A DNA stretch of 32,000 nucleotides from Candidatus Saccharimonadota bacterium (GTDB lineage Bacteria; Patescibacteriota; Gracilibacteria; Absconditabacterales; Absconditicoccaceae), in the NCBI GenBank assembly GCA_965231145.1, contig OZ246420.1, forward strand, positions 60,001 through 92,000, given 5' to 3'. Both the position numbers and the translations under genes were made by a program. Numbering within the stretch: position 1 is the stretch's first letter; each line of letters begins with the position of its first letter. Under the pieces are notes generated by a model. That model had not been told where the DNA came from. It did not search any database and saw nothing but the letters and a program-made list of their open reading frames with translations. Shown one piece after another: positions 1 through 8,113 of the stretch.

Positions 1-77
1 CGTAAGCTGTCTTGCCTGTTTCATAGCTCCATGATAGCTTTACTTTATACAAATACAAGAGGAAACGCTTTTGATTT

Positions 78-112
78 TTGCAGCTAGCAACTAGCAATTG
101 GCAACTAGTATG
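78..112. repeat. Word element, family 2 (CTAGCAA / GCAACTAG words), copy D
   Basis: gcagctagcaa at 80..90 equals 13480..13490. tggcaactag at 99..108 equals 22048..22057. Confidence 0.6.
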
Positions 113-559
113 CTACAATTTATCTACTATCTGCTGCCTGCGTTCTGTTGCAATGATAAGTACTTTTGCTATAGTGAGAGTATTTATTGTTTGCAGAAAA
201 CTATGGTGCAAAAAGTGTATGCTGAAGAGGCCGCGGGTATTGATTGTGGGACAAATGCGGAAAAACTGGCCAACGGCCAGTGTACGTTCAATATCTATAA
301 AACCGTGGGAATAAGAGAGCAAAATCAGGAACCAGACGCGAAGGCGTTTATAGAAGATATTTTTTTGTCTGCGACGTTTTTTATTGGTACTGTAGTGGGT
401 GTGGGGCTGATTTATTCAGGTCTTATGTATATCCTTGCAAAAGATGACGGTGCAGCCGGTAAGGCGAAAAACGGTATTAAATGGTCTCTTATCGGACTTG
501 CGCTCGTGATGTTCAGTTACACGATTATTAGGCTCGTGCAGTATATTGCTCAAGGCTAA
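110..559 (+). CDS. Small two-TM pilin-like protein (TrbC/VirB2-type, CPR 'T4SS pilin'-like), paralog 1
   Basis: Track ORF 98..559. The C-terminal half is a TM helix (FFIGTVVGVGLIYSGLMYIL), a short charged loop (AKDDGAAGKAKNG) and a second TM helix (LIGLALVMFSYTII). The ORFs at 3994 and 4483 have the same architecture and loop motif. Start is uncertain: TTG98, ATG110, or ATG203, which lies 28 nt after a TTGCAA-16-TATAGT site. Confidence 0.55.
   Translation: MLQFIYYLLPAFCCNDKYFCYSESIYCLQKTMVQKVYAEEAAGIDCGTNAEKLANGQCTFNIYKTVGIREQNQEPDAKAFIEDIFLSATFFIGTVVGVGLIYSGLMYILAKDDGAAGKAKNGIKWSLIGLALVMFSYTIIRLVQYIAQG
148..175 (+). promoter_or_regulatory. Sigma70-like promoter TTGCAA-16-TATAGT
   Basis: -35 at 148..153 and -10 at 170..175. 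It lies inside the long version of the pilin-1 ORF, 28 nt before ATG 203. Confidence 0.4.
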
Positions 560-570
560 ACGCAGTTCAA

Positions 571-641
571 GGTTCTTAAAGTTCATAAAGTAGAAACAAA
601 TAAGATTTTATGAACTTTTAACTTTATAAACTTTATAAACT
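571..641. repeat. Word-palindrome element, family 1 (GTTCATAAAGTAGAAA / CTTTATAAA words), copy A
   Basis: Perfect 11-bp hairpin aagttcataaa (579..589) / tttatgaactt (607..617). Tandem actttataa x2 at 621..640. The 19-mer 578..596 is the exact reverse complement of 26134..26152. Confidence 0.75.
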
Positions 642-646
642 GTACT

Positions 647-1339
647 ATGTTGTACACAAATATTTCTGCGGATAAGATACAGTTTATTGTCGATGGAAAA
701 GAGACGATTATTGAAAATGGGGAGCTAGAGAAAACGATTTCTCATTTTCTCAATTCACAAATCACAGGTCACAGTCCACAATTACAAAAGGTGTGTATTA
801 TTAATGGACCTGGGTCGTTTACCAATATACGCATTGTGACGCTCGCGTTGAACATGTATAACTTTTTGCATAATAACGAGCTCGATTTCTATTCGATCGA
901 TAAGATAACGCTCTATAAAAAACTGTATCAAAAAAATATTGTTCCTCGCGTGTGTTACATGTTCATTGGACAGAGAAAGAACTGGTGGCGTGTTGATCTT
1001 GAGGATGGTTCTCATGAGCAGATTCGTATAGAAGAGGTGCTGACGAGAGATGGATTTATAGATTATGTGTTTGATACAGATCATTTTCCTGGTCTTGTAG
1101 CGGGAGCTGCGCTTTCAGAGGGACACTTGCTTATTGAAAATATTCTCGATGATCTCTGAGTGACGAACTCACAATGAGGCATGATAAAGCTTTCATGGAA
1201 AGCGGAGCAGCTGGAAGTTACGTATGATAATAAGACAACATATATTTCTCTGGATGATCTTGCTGTCAGCCCGGTAAAGAGCGTAGAAGCGAATTATATG
1301 ATGGAAGCGAATGTGACACTTATCCCTCATAAAAAATAA
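647..1339 (+). CDS. tsaB: tRNA t6A37 biosynthesis protein TsaB/YeaZ-like
   Basis: Track ORF 647..1159 continues in frame through TGA 1157 and TGA 1175 to TAA 1337..1339 (230 aa). INGPGSFTNIRIV matches the GPGSFTG(L/I)R motif of TsaB. Confidence 0.65.
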
Positions 1340-1383
1340 TACATAAAAGATAAAAAATATTTATTTAGCGATATGAAGTAGAA

Positions 1384-1944
1384 ATGAGCGTAAGAAAAAT
1401 TCCCGCTGATGCGAAGAAAGTGTTTGAAAATCAGTTGTTTGTAGCATATGAGAAAGAAACAGAGTTGTTTGATGGGACGACGAAGACATTTGAGTGGGTA
1501 AGAGCATATGATGTGGTAAAGGCAATCTGTGTAGTGGATGGGAAAATTCTTGTGCTCGCAAGTGAGCAGCCATGAACAAGTACATATTATACGATCCCAG
1601 GCGGTATGATTGACAGTGGTGAAGAGCCAGATGCTGCTATAGTGAGAGAAGTGGCAGAAGAGACGGGAATCACATTTAACGAGTTTTTTCCGCTTACGTC
1701 TGTGTCGAGTAATGTAGGGTTGGTTGAATCATATAAGCACTATTATCTGGCTCGTGGTCCGCTCTCATTTGGAGAACAACAGCTTGATGGGGGTGAGCTT
1801 ATTTCGGTAGAATATATTTCTTTTGAAGATTTTATAGAACACGTGAAGCGTGGAGACCTATTCTACGATCTCGGTAATTGGTTTTTGAGAGAGTATGTTG
1901 TGCCTGGAAAGATAGATGAGTTGAAAGAGCTTTTGTTCTCATAG
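1384..1944 (+). CDS. Nudix hydrolase (ADP-ribose pyrophosphatase-like)
   Basis: Track ORFs 1384..1575 and 1606..1944 share one frame and join through TGA 1573..1575. The Nudix box GGMIDSGEEPDAAIVREVAEETGI spans the junction region. Confidence 0.8.
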
Positions 1945-2053
1945 TAAATGGTTATATTTGCTATTATGAAAATCCTCACCCTGATATAGCTCAGGGAGCT
2001 CCTTTACAAAAGGAGCCTTCTATAGAATATTTAGAATATAAAGTTGTGTAACT

Positions 2054-3793
2054 ATGTCATTAGAACTTGCGAACTTATTGTTTCCTCATGTAACGGAGAC
2101 GATTGAGGATCTGAAAAAGCGCTATCCAGCGCGTCCAGAAGGACAGCATGTGACGCGTTTTGCGCCAAGTCCAACAGGCTTTTTGCATATCGGCGGTGTT
2201 TCAACATCGTTTATTGCAGAGAGATTTGTGCATCAAAATAACGCGAAAGGCGTTATGTTTCTTCGTATAGAAGATACCGATCAGGAAAGAGGAATTGAGT
2301 GAGGAATACAGATGATTATTGATGGCTTGAAAGAGTTTCATATTCAAATAGATGAAGGACCAATTGGGAAAAACCAGGAAGATGTTGGTAACTATGGACC
2401 GTATATCCAGTCGCAGCGTAAAGATTTATACCATGCAGTAGCGAAATATTTTGTCGAGCAAGGACTCGCGTATCCATGTTGGATGAGTCCGGAAGAACTG
2501 GATGCCGTAAGAAAACAGCAACAGGATAATAAGCTTATACCTGGTATCTATGGCTCGTACTCAAAGTGGCGCGATGCTTCATTTGATGAGCAGAAAAAAA
2601 TGATAGAGCAAGGTAGCCCTTTTGTTATTCGCTTGCGTTCGCACGGAGATACAAAGAAAAGAGTAACAGTGAAAGATCTTATTAAGGGAGATGTAGAGAC
2701 GCAAGATAATTTTCTCGACGTGGTGCTTATCAAAGCGAAAGACGGCTTGCCGACCTATCATTTTGCGCATCTAGTTGATGATCATTTTATGGGAACGACG
2801 CATGTCATCCGTAGTGATGAGTGGTTCGCAAGCTTGCCGCTTCATCTGCAATTGTTTTCATTTCTCGGTGTAACGCCACCTCACTTCGCACACGTTTCGC
2901 CGCTTCTCAAGCTCGAAAATGGCAATAAGAGAAAGCTTTCTAAGCGTAAAGATAAAGAAGCAGACATTCGTTGGTTCTTTGCAGAAGGTTATCCGGTCGA
3001 TGCGATTATGGAGTTTCTCATGAACATTATCGATCCTTCTTTTGAAGAGCGACAGAAAAATAATCCGGAAAAAACGTATCTCGATTTCGTGTTTAATATC
3101 TCTCATATGAATGAGTCATGAGCTCTCTTCGATCTCGTGAAACTCGACTTTGTGTCGAAAGAGTGGCTCGCGAAGCTTGATAAGCAAACATTTGCTGATA
3201 TGTGTGTAGAGCGAGCAAAAACATATTACGAGTTACGAGTTACGAGTTACGAGTCAGGGGATAAGGGCAAGGGGATAAGGGATAACCCATGACCTATGAC
3301 CTATAACCTCTATGAGTTAATGGTGAAGCATCCTGAGTACACATTTAACGCGCTCAACATTGAACGTTGTACAGAGCTTGATCCAAAAAGATATCATAAG
3401 TTGTCTGATATCGCTGGACAATTGCCCATGTTCTATGATGAAAATTACGATGCGAACTATAGCGAAAAGCCGGCGTATCCTGAGAATATGACGCCGGACA
3501 TCGTCCGTGCGTTTGTAGAAAAATATTGCGCAGAGATGAATCTTGAGCAGGATAAAACGAGTTGGTTTGAACAATTGAAAGAGATAGGAAAAAATATGCC
3601 TGAAGGGATGAGATTTGCGACAGGTAACGCAGAGTTTAAAGAAGGATGATATGTCGGAAAGACAGGAGATCTTGCTATGTTCTTGCGTATTCAACTCTTG
3701 CTTTCGAAGACAACACCAGATCTGTGTGAGACGATGAAGGTGATGGGGAAAGAGAGGGTTATTAATAGACTTAAAAGAGCAATTACGAATTAA
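2054..3793 (+). CDS. gltX: Glutamyl-tRNA synthetase
   Basis: Track ORFs 2054, 2312 and 3296 plus a C-terminal tail share one frame. They join through TGA 2300, 3119, 3290 and 3647 and end at TAA 3791..3793 (579 aa). HIGH motif [16 protein letters not shown]-like KLSKRK, and GluRS core strings LRIEDTD, HLVDD and IRSDEW are present. Confidence 0.9.
3225..3314 (+). repeat. In-frame block of three tandem-word repeats inside gltX
   Basis: (gttacga)x4 at 3225..3255, gggataagg-type words at 3256..3285, and atgaccta-type words at 3286..3314. It translates as [29 protein letters not shown]. The 14-mer attacgagttacga at 3225..3238 recurs at 3796..3809. Confidence 0.7.
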
Positions 3794-3835
3794 TAATTAC
3801 GAGTTACGAATGAAATAGTGAGTATTGTAAATAAG

Positions 3836-3865
3836 AAAAAGCGGACCGGAAACGGCCGCTTTTTA
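3836..3865 (+). terminator. Intrinsic terminator after gltX
   Basis: Stem gcggaccg (3841..3848) / cggccgc (3853..3859), loop gaaa, then TTTTT. Confidence 0.7.
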
Positions 3866-3936
3866 GATATTGTCATTATTGCGAATGCTTTGACGATTAA
3901 GTCAATTGCTGTTGTGCTATAAATAAGCCTATATTT

Positions 3937-3965
3937 TTGCAAAAAATGGCTTTTGGCAGTATAAT
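3937..3965 (+). promoter_or_regulatory. Sigma70-like promoter TTGCAA-17-TATAAT for the pilin 2/3 operon
   Basis: -35 at 3937..3942 and -10 at 3960..3965, 29 nt before ATG 3994. Confidence 0.6.
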
Positions 3966-3993
3966 CTAAGAGTATTATTTCCTTCTTGAAACC

Positions 3994-4470
3994 ATGAAAA
4001 AGATATTATTCCCTATTCTCGGACTTTTGCTCGGACTTTCTACCAGCGCTCATGCGATCGTATTTTTTGATAACACTTCGTCGGTTTACACCAGAAACGA
4101 GCAGGATGCTGTAACAACAAACGATATCTGACCTGGTAATCCGCTCAGAGGAGGTATGGACAATCCCGGAAGAAATATAAGGGGACTCTACTACAATGGG
4201 CCTATTAACACCGTCTATCAGGCGCAAAATCAGACGCTTGGCTACGTACATAATATGCTCAACTGGGTGCTTACTTTGCTTGGCTTAATTGCTTTAGCGT
4301 ATCTTCTCTACTATGGATTTATGATCATTACCGCAGCAGGAGATGACGCAGCGGTGAAGAAGGGACGAGGCGGCATGAGAACATCTGCGATTGCGATTAT
4401 TGGTATTGCAGTGAGCTGGCTTATCGTGAGTTTCATTATCTATCTGATTGATACATTTATTCTTCTCTAA
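3994..4470 (+). CDS. Small two-TM pilin-like protein (TrbC/VirB2-type), paralog 2, with signal peptide
   Basis: ATG 3994 opens a signal peptide MKKILFPILGLLLGLSTSAHA. It is in frame with track ORF 4156..4470 through TGA 4129..4131. The C-terminus is TM (LIALAYLLYYGFMIITA), loop AGDDAAVKKGRGG, TM (IAIIGIAVSWLIV). A TTGCAA-17-TATAAT promoter lies 29 nt upstream. Confidence 0.6.
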
Positions 4471-4482
4471 TACAAAAGTACC

Positions 4483-5016
4483 ATGAAAAACACACTCAAA
4501 ACAAAAGGTATTATCGGATGGATCATCGTCGCGCTTTTGTCGGTGAAGAATATGATCCTCCGCGCGAGCGCCCTCGACATCAGCGTAGGATGGGGAGGCA
4601 TCAACATAGATCTTGGATGAGGAGGCGGATGAGGTGGATATACAAGCGAACCTTTTTACAATGAAATGAGAGGTGCTGGCGCGCCAACATCAGACGCCGG
4701 TATTCTTCTCTCTCAGACAAATCAGCGCGCAAGTCTTCTTGAAAGACTACTTGATGTGTTTGGCATAAATTACGCTGGTGATGGCAAGGCACTTAGTTAT
4801 ATACAAATTATTATTAACTATGTCTTATCGTTCACTGCGTTTATCGCGCTCATCGTGATCATCTATGGTTTTTACATGATGTTCTTCCGTGAGCAGGATA
4901 AGGGCTTTGGACAAGCAAAGAAAACAGTGACAGGAGCGGCTATCGCACTTTTTGTCATCGGTATCTCATGGCTGTTTGTAAACTTCGCGTTCTACGTGTT
5001 TAATCAAGGGTTCTAA
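4483..5016 (+). CDS. Small two-TM pilin-like protein (TrbC/VirB2-type), paralog 3, with signal peptide and Gly8 tract
   Basis: ATG 4483 (MKNTLKTKGIIGWIIVALLSV...ASA) is in frame with track ORF 4666..5016 through TGA 4618 and TGA 4630. The C-terminus is TM (FIALIVIIYGFYMMFF), loop REQDKGFGQAKK, TM (AIALFVIGISWLFV). It starts 13 nt after paralog 2. Confidence 0.6.
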
Positions 5017-5023
5017 AAATAGC

Positions 5024-5090
5024 AGTTAGATTATAGATGTTAGATGTTGGCAAAATAAGGTTGCTATAATCTAAAATCTAACATCTAAGT
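5024..5090. repeat. Word-palindrome element, family 3 (TTAGATTATAGAT / CTAACATCTAA), copy G
   Basis: The left arm ttagattatagatgttagatgtt pairs with the right arm ctataatctaaaatctaacatctaa. The 13-mer 5026..5038 equals 29005..29017. The 11-mer 5078..5088 equals 29037..29047. Confidence 0.75.
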
Positions 5091-5127
5091 GCTGCATATG
5101 TGCTTTATACTTTAGCTTTACAGAACT

Positions 5128-5847
5128 ATGGCTTTTAAGCTGTTCAACTTCGAGAAGGGAAAGATACAGAAGGGAGTGCATGACCAGGTGTTTAACACTG
5201 AGACGATGCTTCCTATTTCTGAGATCAGAGGTGATACGATCGTCCTAAAAGATGGATGACTCAGAGGTGTCATCAGGGTATCAGGTCTCAATCTTGATCT
5301 GAAAAATGCAGATGAGCAGGATGTGGTTATCCAGCAATATAAAAGATTTCTCAATGGTCTGGATTTTCCTATTCAAATACTTGTTCGTAGTACCTATCTC
5401 GACCTGACGCATTATCTTGGATATATGAATGACAATGTGAATATCATTGAAAATGATGTGCTGAAACAGCACGGTCAGCAGTATGTAGATTTTCTTGATA
5501 AAATAAATCTGGCGCAGGGTTTGATCTATGTGAAGGAGTTTTACATAGTTGTTCCGTATTATGCAGATGCGGTATCGGAAGATGAAGCGAATATGAAAAA
5601 GCCCTGGTGGAAAAAGTTTCTTGATGTACTTGAAAGTAAAGATAGCGCAGAAAAGATCGTGGAAAGATATCGTGGATTTGTGAAAAATAGAAAGTTTCTC
5701 GATACAAGATGTTCGCTTATCAAGGAGGGGTTGAGGGGAATGAATATAGATACTGATAGACTCGAACTTACTGATATCGTAGCGCTGCTGTTTAAGTTTT
5801 ATAATCCAACTATGCATAACGATCAGGCGGAACTAACGAACAAATAA
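5128..5847 (+). CDS. Stand-alone VirB4/TrbE-family N-terminal domain protein (no ATPase domain)
   Basis: ATG 5128 is in frame with track ORF 5323..5847 through TGA 5257..5259 (239 aa). ISEIRGDTIVLKDGGLRGVIRVSGLNLDLKNADEQDVVIQQYKRFLNGLDFPIQILVRS...FYIVVPYY follows the N-terminal pattern I recall from Gram-positive/CPR VirB4-type conjugation ATPases (Tn916 Orf16/TcpF type). No Walker A motif is present. The ORF ends at TAA 5845 and no ATPase sequence follows in any frame. Confidence 0.5.
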
Positions 5848-5853
5848 ACTTAA

Positions 5854-5918
5854 AGATCAGAGATCAGAGAGCAAAAAATTAATAAGGTACGTTATTTCAT
5901 TCTGCTCTTTGCTCTTTC
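5854..5918. repeat. Word-palindrome element, family 5 (GATCAGAG / AGAGCAAA words), copy K
   Basis: Tandem agatcag x2, with gagagcaaa (5868..5876) pairing with tttgctctt (5908..5916). The 20-mer 5892..5911 is the exact reverse complement of 12641..12660. Confidence 0.8.
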
Positions 5919-6010
5919 ACCTTTTAGTTTGCCAAGAAAACATTATACATGATAGGTATAATGTTTTTTTTTATTGTGCGCGAGAACTAATGCTGTGAGT
6001 TGCAAGCTTA

Positions 6011-6688
6011 ATGATAGGTCTAACCACGCAATATACGTACTTGTCACCTATTGTTGGTGATGGTTCGTCGTATGTATATGCGCAGCAGCTCGACATCACG
6101 AGTGATGATAGTATCACGAGATATGTTGCGCCAAATGCGCCTCTCAATTTTCTTCGTTACAAGCCAAATGATCTTGTTTCATTGGTCGAATCTCCATTTA
6201 TCCGGGTGCAGTGAGGAGTGTGATTTCTCAGGCGCGAAGCGTTTGATCAACTTTCTGATATGGCTTATCACTTCCATGCGATCTTTAACAAACGTCTTGT
6301 TGTCGTAAGTTCGTATAGAAGCTTTTGACTGCAAAATACATTATTCGCAGGCTATATGGAGACACATGGTCTTGCTGCTGCAGGGTTTTCTGCGCTTCCG
6401 GGACATAGCGAACATCAGCTCTGACTTGCTGCAGATTTGTTCACCGCTAACAGCGCTGATGTGAAAGGATACAATGGTTACTATGACTGGCTTCAAAGAA
6501 ATGCACATAGACGATGATGGATCCAATCCTATCAGAAATGAAGAGAGGTTGATGGATATGTAGTAGAGCCATGGCACTGGCGTTATGTGGGAAGAGAGCT
6601 TGCTACCTTGCTTTATCTGAAACAGATGACTTTTGCAGAGTGGGTAACGAAATATAAGAAGATAGTGATTATTACGAAGAAGTTATAG
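6011..6688 (+). CDS. Peptidase M15 D-alanyl-D-alanine carboxypeptidase (VanY/LdcB-like)
   Basis: One frame reads from ATG 6011 (alternative ATG 5990) through six TGA codons (6212, 6221, 6326, 6422, 6515, 6539) to TAG 6686..6688. Motifs SSYRSF-G-LQ, GHSEHQL-G-LAADL and EPWHWRYVG are the zinc-binding and catalytic signatures of VanY-type M15 peptidases. Confidence 0.8.
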
Positions 6689-6722
6689 AGACTCATATGA
6701 AAAGATGTCAGCATGATCAAAG

Positions 6723-6750
6723 AAACATTGCCAAGTGGCAATGTTTTTGT
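6723..6750 (+). terminator. Intrinsic terminator after the M15 peptidase gene
   Basis: Stem aaacattgcc / ggcaatgttt with loop aagt, followed by a T-run. Confidence 0.7.
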
Positions 6751-6807
6751 TATGTAAAATACTGACGTGAACGGCGCGACGACGGACGACGCATTAACGA
6801 TGAGTCC

Positions 6808-7884
6808 CTATAATGAGGAGATGAAATTTACCTCCGGTTCGATCTCTATTCATAGTTTTTCATAACATTCTTGCTGTATCTTTTCTGCAAATTGCACAAC
6901 TTCTGGTCATGTTGCATTGGCGTAATTAACAAGACAGAGCGCTTGCTCTGGCCGACAGCCGACGTCTCATTCGCGATGTCCGCGATATCAGAGTAGCTGA
7001 TCGATGATCCGACCAGCAGGGATCTTATATTCATTTGGCGATACTTCATAACTGACAGGCGAGAGATCTGGATGACGACGTGCGACTCTTTGTATGAAAG
7101 CATCATATTGCTCTTTATTCAAATAGACGTTCTTAAAAAAGCTGCCGGCTGTTCACACATTTTTAGGATCAGGGAGCTTGCTTGCTCTTATGGCAGCGAC
7201 GACATTTGCCATGTCTTGGGGTGTGGGAGAGCTTATTCACTGCTTGGCTAATTCCTGCTTGATAGCTCCATACTCAACAAGCGGCTTATAACTTTCGCTC
7301 GCGTAGCGCTGCAGGCGAAACGTCACGTCAGTGACGAAAAAAATATCTTTAAATTCATGTTTGAAAATACTGTCGCGATAGCAGAAGGCGCATTGTTCGT
7401 TGGTTAATGAGAGAGACGTGCCGCGGCCCATCTCTACAGATGATATCGCAATTCATCCAACGTTTGCTATAACATCTTTTGCTTCTACGCCATATGCGCC
7501 GATGTTTTGTATAGGTGCAGCTCCGACGCTTCCGGGGATACTGATGAGGTTTTCTAATCAACATAATCATTTATTTATCGTCCACTGGACGAACTCATTT
7601 CGGCTTTCGCCAGCTCAGACCTTCACGTATACGCCATCTTCCGCTTCGCGAATCTCTTTTCAGAGAATATTGTTGCGTATTACTAATCCATGAAATGCTG
7701 GCTCAGTCAAAAGAATATTCGAGCCTCCGCCGAGGAAAAGCTTTTTGCGAGCTGTCGTCCATTCTGGAGTCGTAAGAAGATCAAGAAAATCTTGAGATGT
7801 ATGCACGTCTGCAAAGTGATCTGTTATGCAATCAATATGAAACGTATTGTATGGTAAGAGTGATATATTGGCTTGGATCTGCAT
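6808..7884 (-). CDS. murB: UDP-N-acetylenolpyruvoylglucosamine reductase
   Basis: The track shows only fragments (7660..7884, 7237..7431). The full frame reads through 11 TGA codons to TAG 6808..6810 (358 aa). Recognisable strings: [54 protein letters not shown] and a C-terminal GIEIEPEV. Confidence 0.85.
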
Positions 7885-7985
7885 GAAAAAGAGAGATTTA
7901 TATAAGATATATGAGTACTATATGTAAATAGCCGATAGAAAAAAGTCCTTCTCTTTTGTTTAAAAAGGTGGACTAATATATGAGT

Positions 7986-7999
7986 AGAACGTTCGTTCT
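7986..7999. promoter_or_regulatory. Possible LexA (Cheo-type) box aGAAC-gttc-GTTCt in the murB/recA divergent region
   Basis: GAAC-N4-GTTC at 7987..7998, 115 nt upstream of the recA start. Confidence 0.3.
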
Positions 8000-8113
8000 A
8001 TTAGTAAGATGTTTGACATTATCGTAAGTAAGTTTCTCGTAGACGTTAATGGGGTTGTTTTCGTAAAAAAAGTGACTATGACTACGAACGTTTTATTATT
8101 AATTCTTTTGAAG

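Noticed and set aside
1-24. Possible start of a leftward gene (minus strand ATG at 22..24, MKQARQLT...).
   Set aside because: Only 8 codons are visible, which is too little to support a call.
1979-2016. Twin hairpins (ccctga/tcaggg and gctcctt/aaggagc) upstream of gltX, with a tagctcaggga string. I considered a tRNA fragment or a T-box leader.
   Set aside because: It is too short for either: about 110 nt of spacer, with no T-arm, no specifier or antiterminator layout and no T-run. It may simply be a weak 3' structure of the Nudix gene.
6834-6846. GGTTCGATC string resembling a tRNA T-arm.
   Set aside because: The flanks cannot form T-stem, acceptor or anticodon arms, and the string lies within the murB 3' coding region.
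6846-7106. 86-aa minus-strand ORF in the track.
   Set aside because: It lies out of frame inside the murB coding region once murB is read through its TGA codons.
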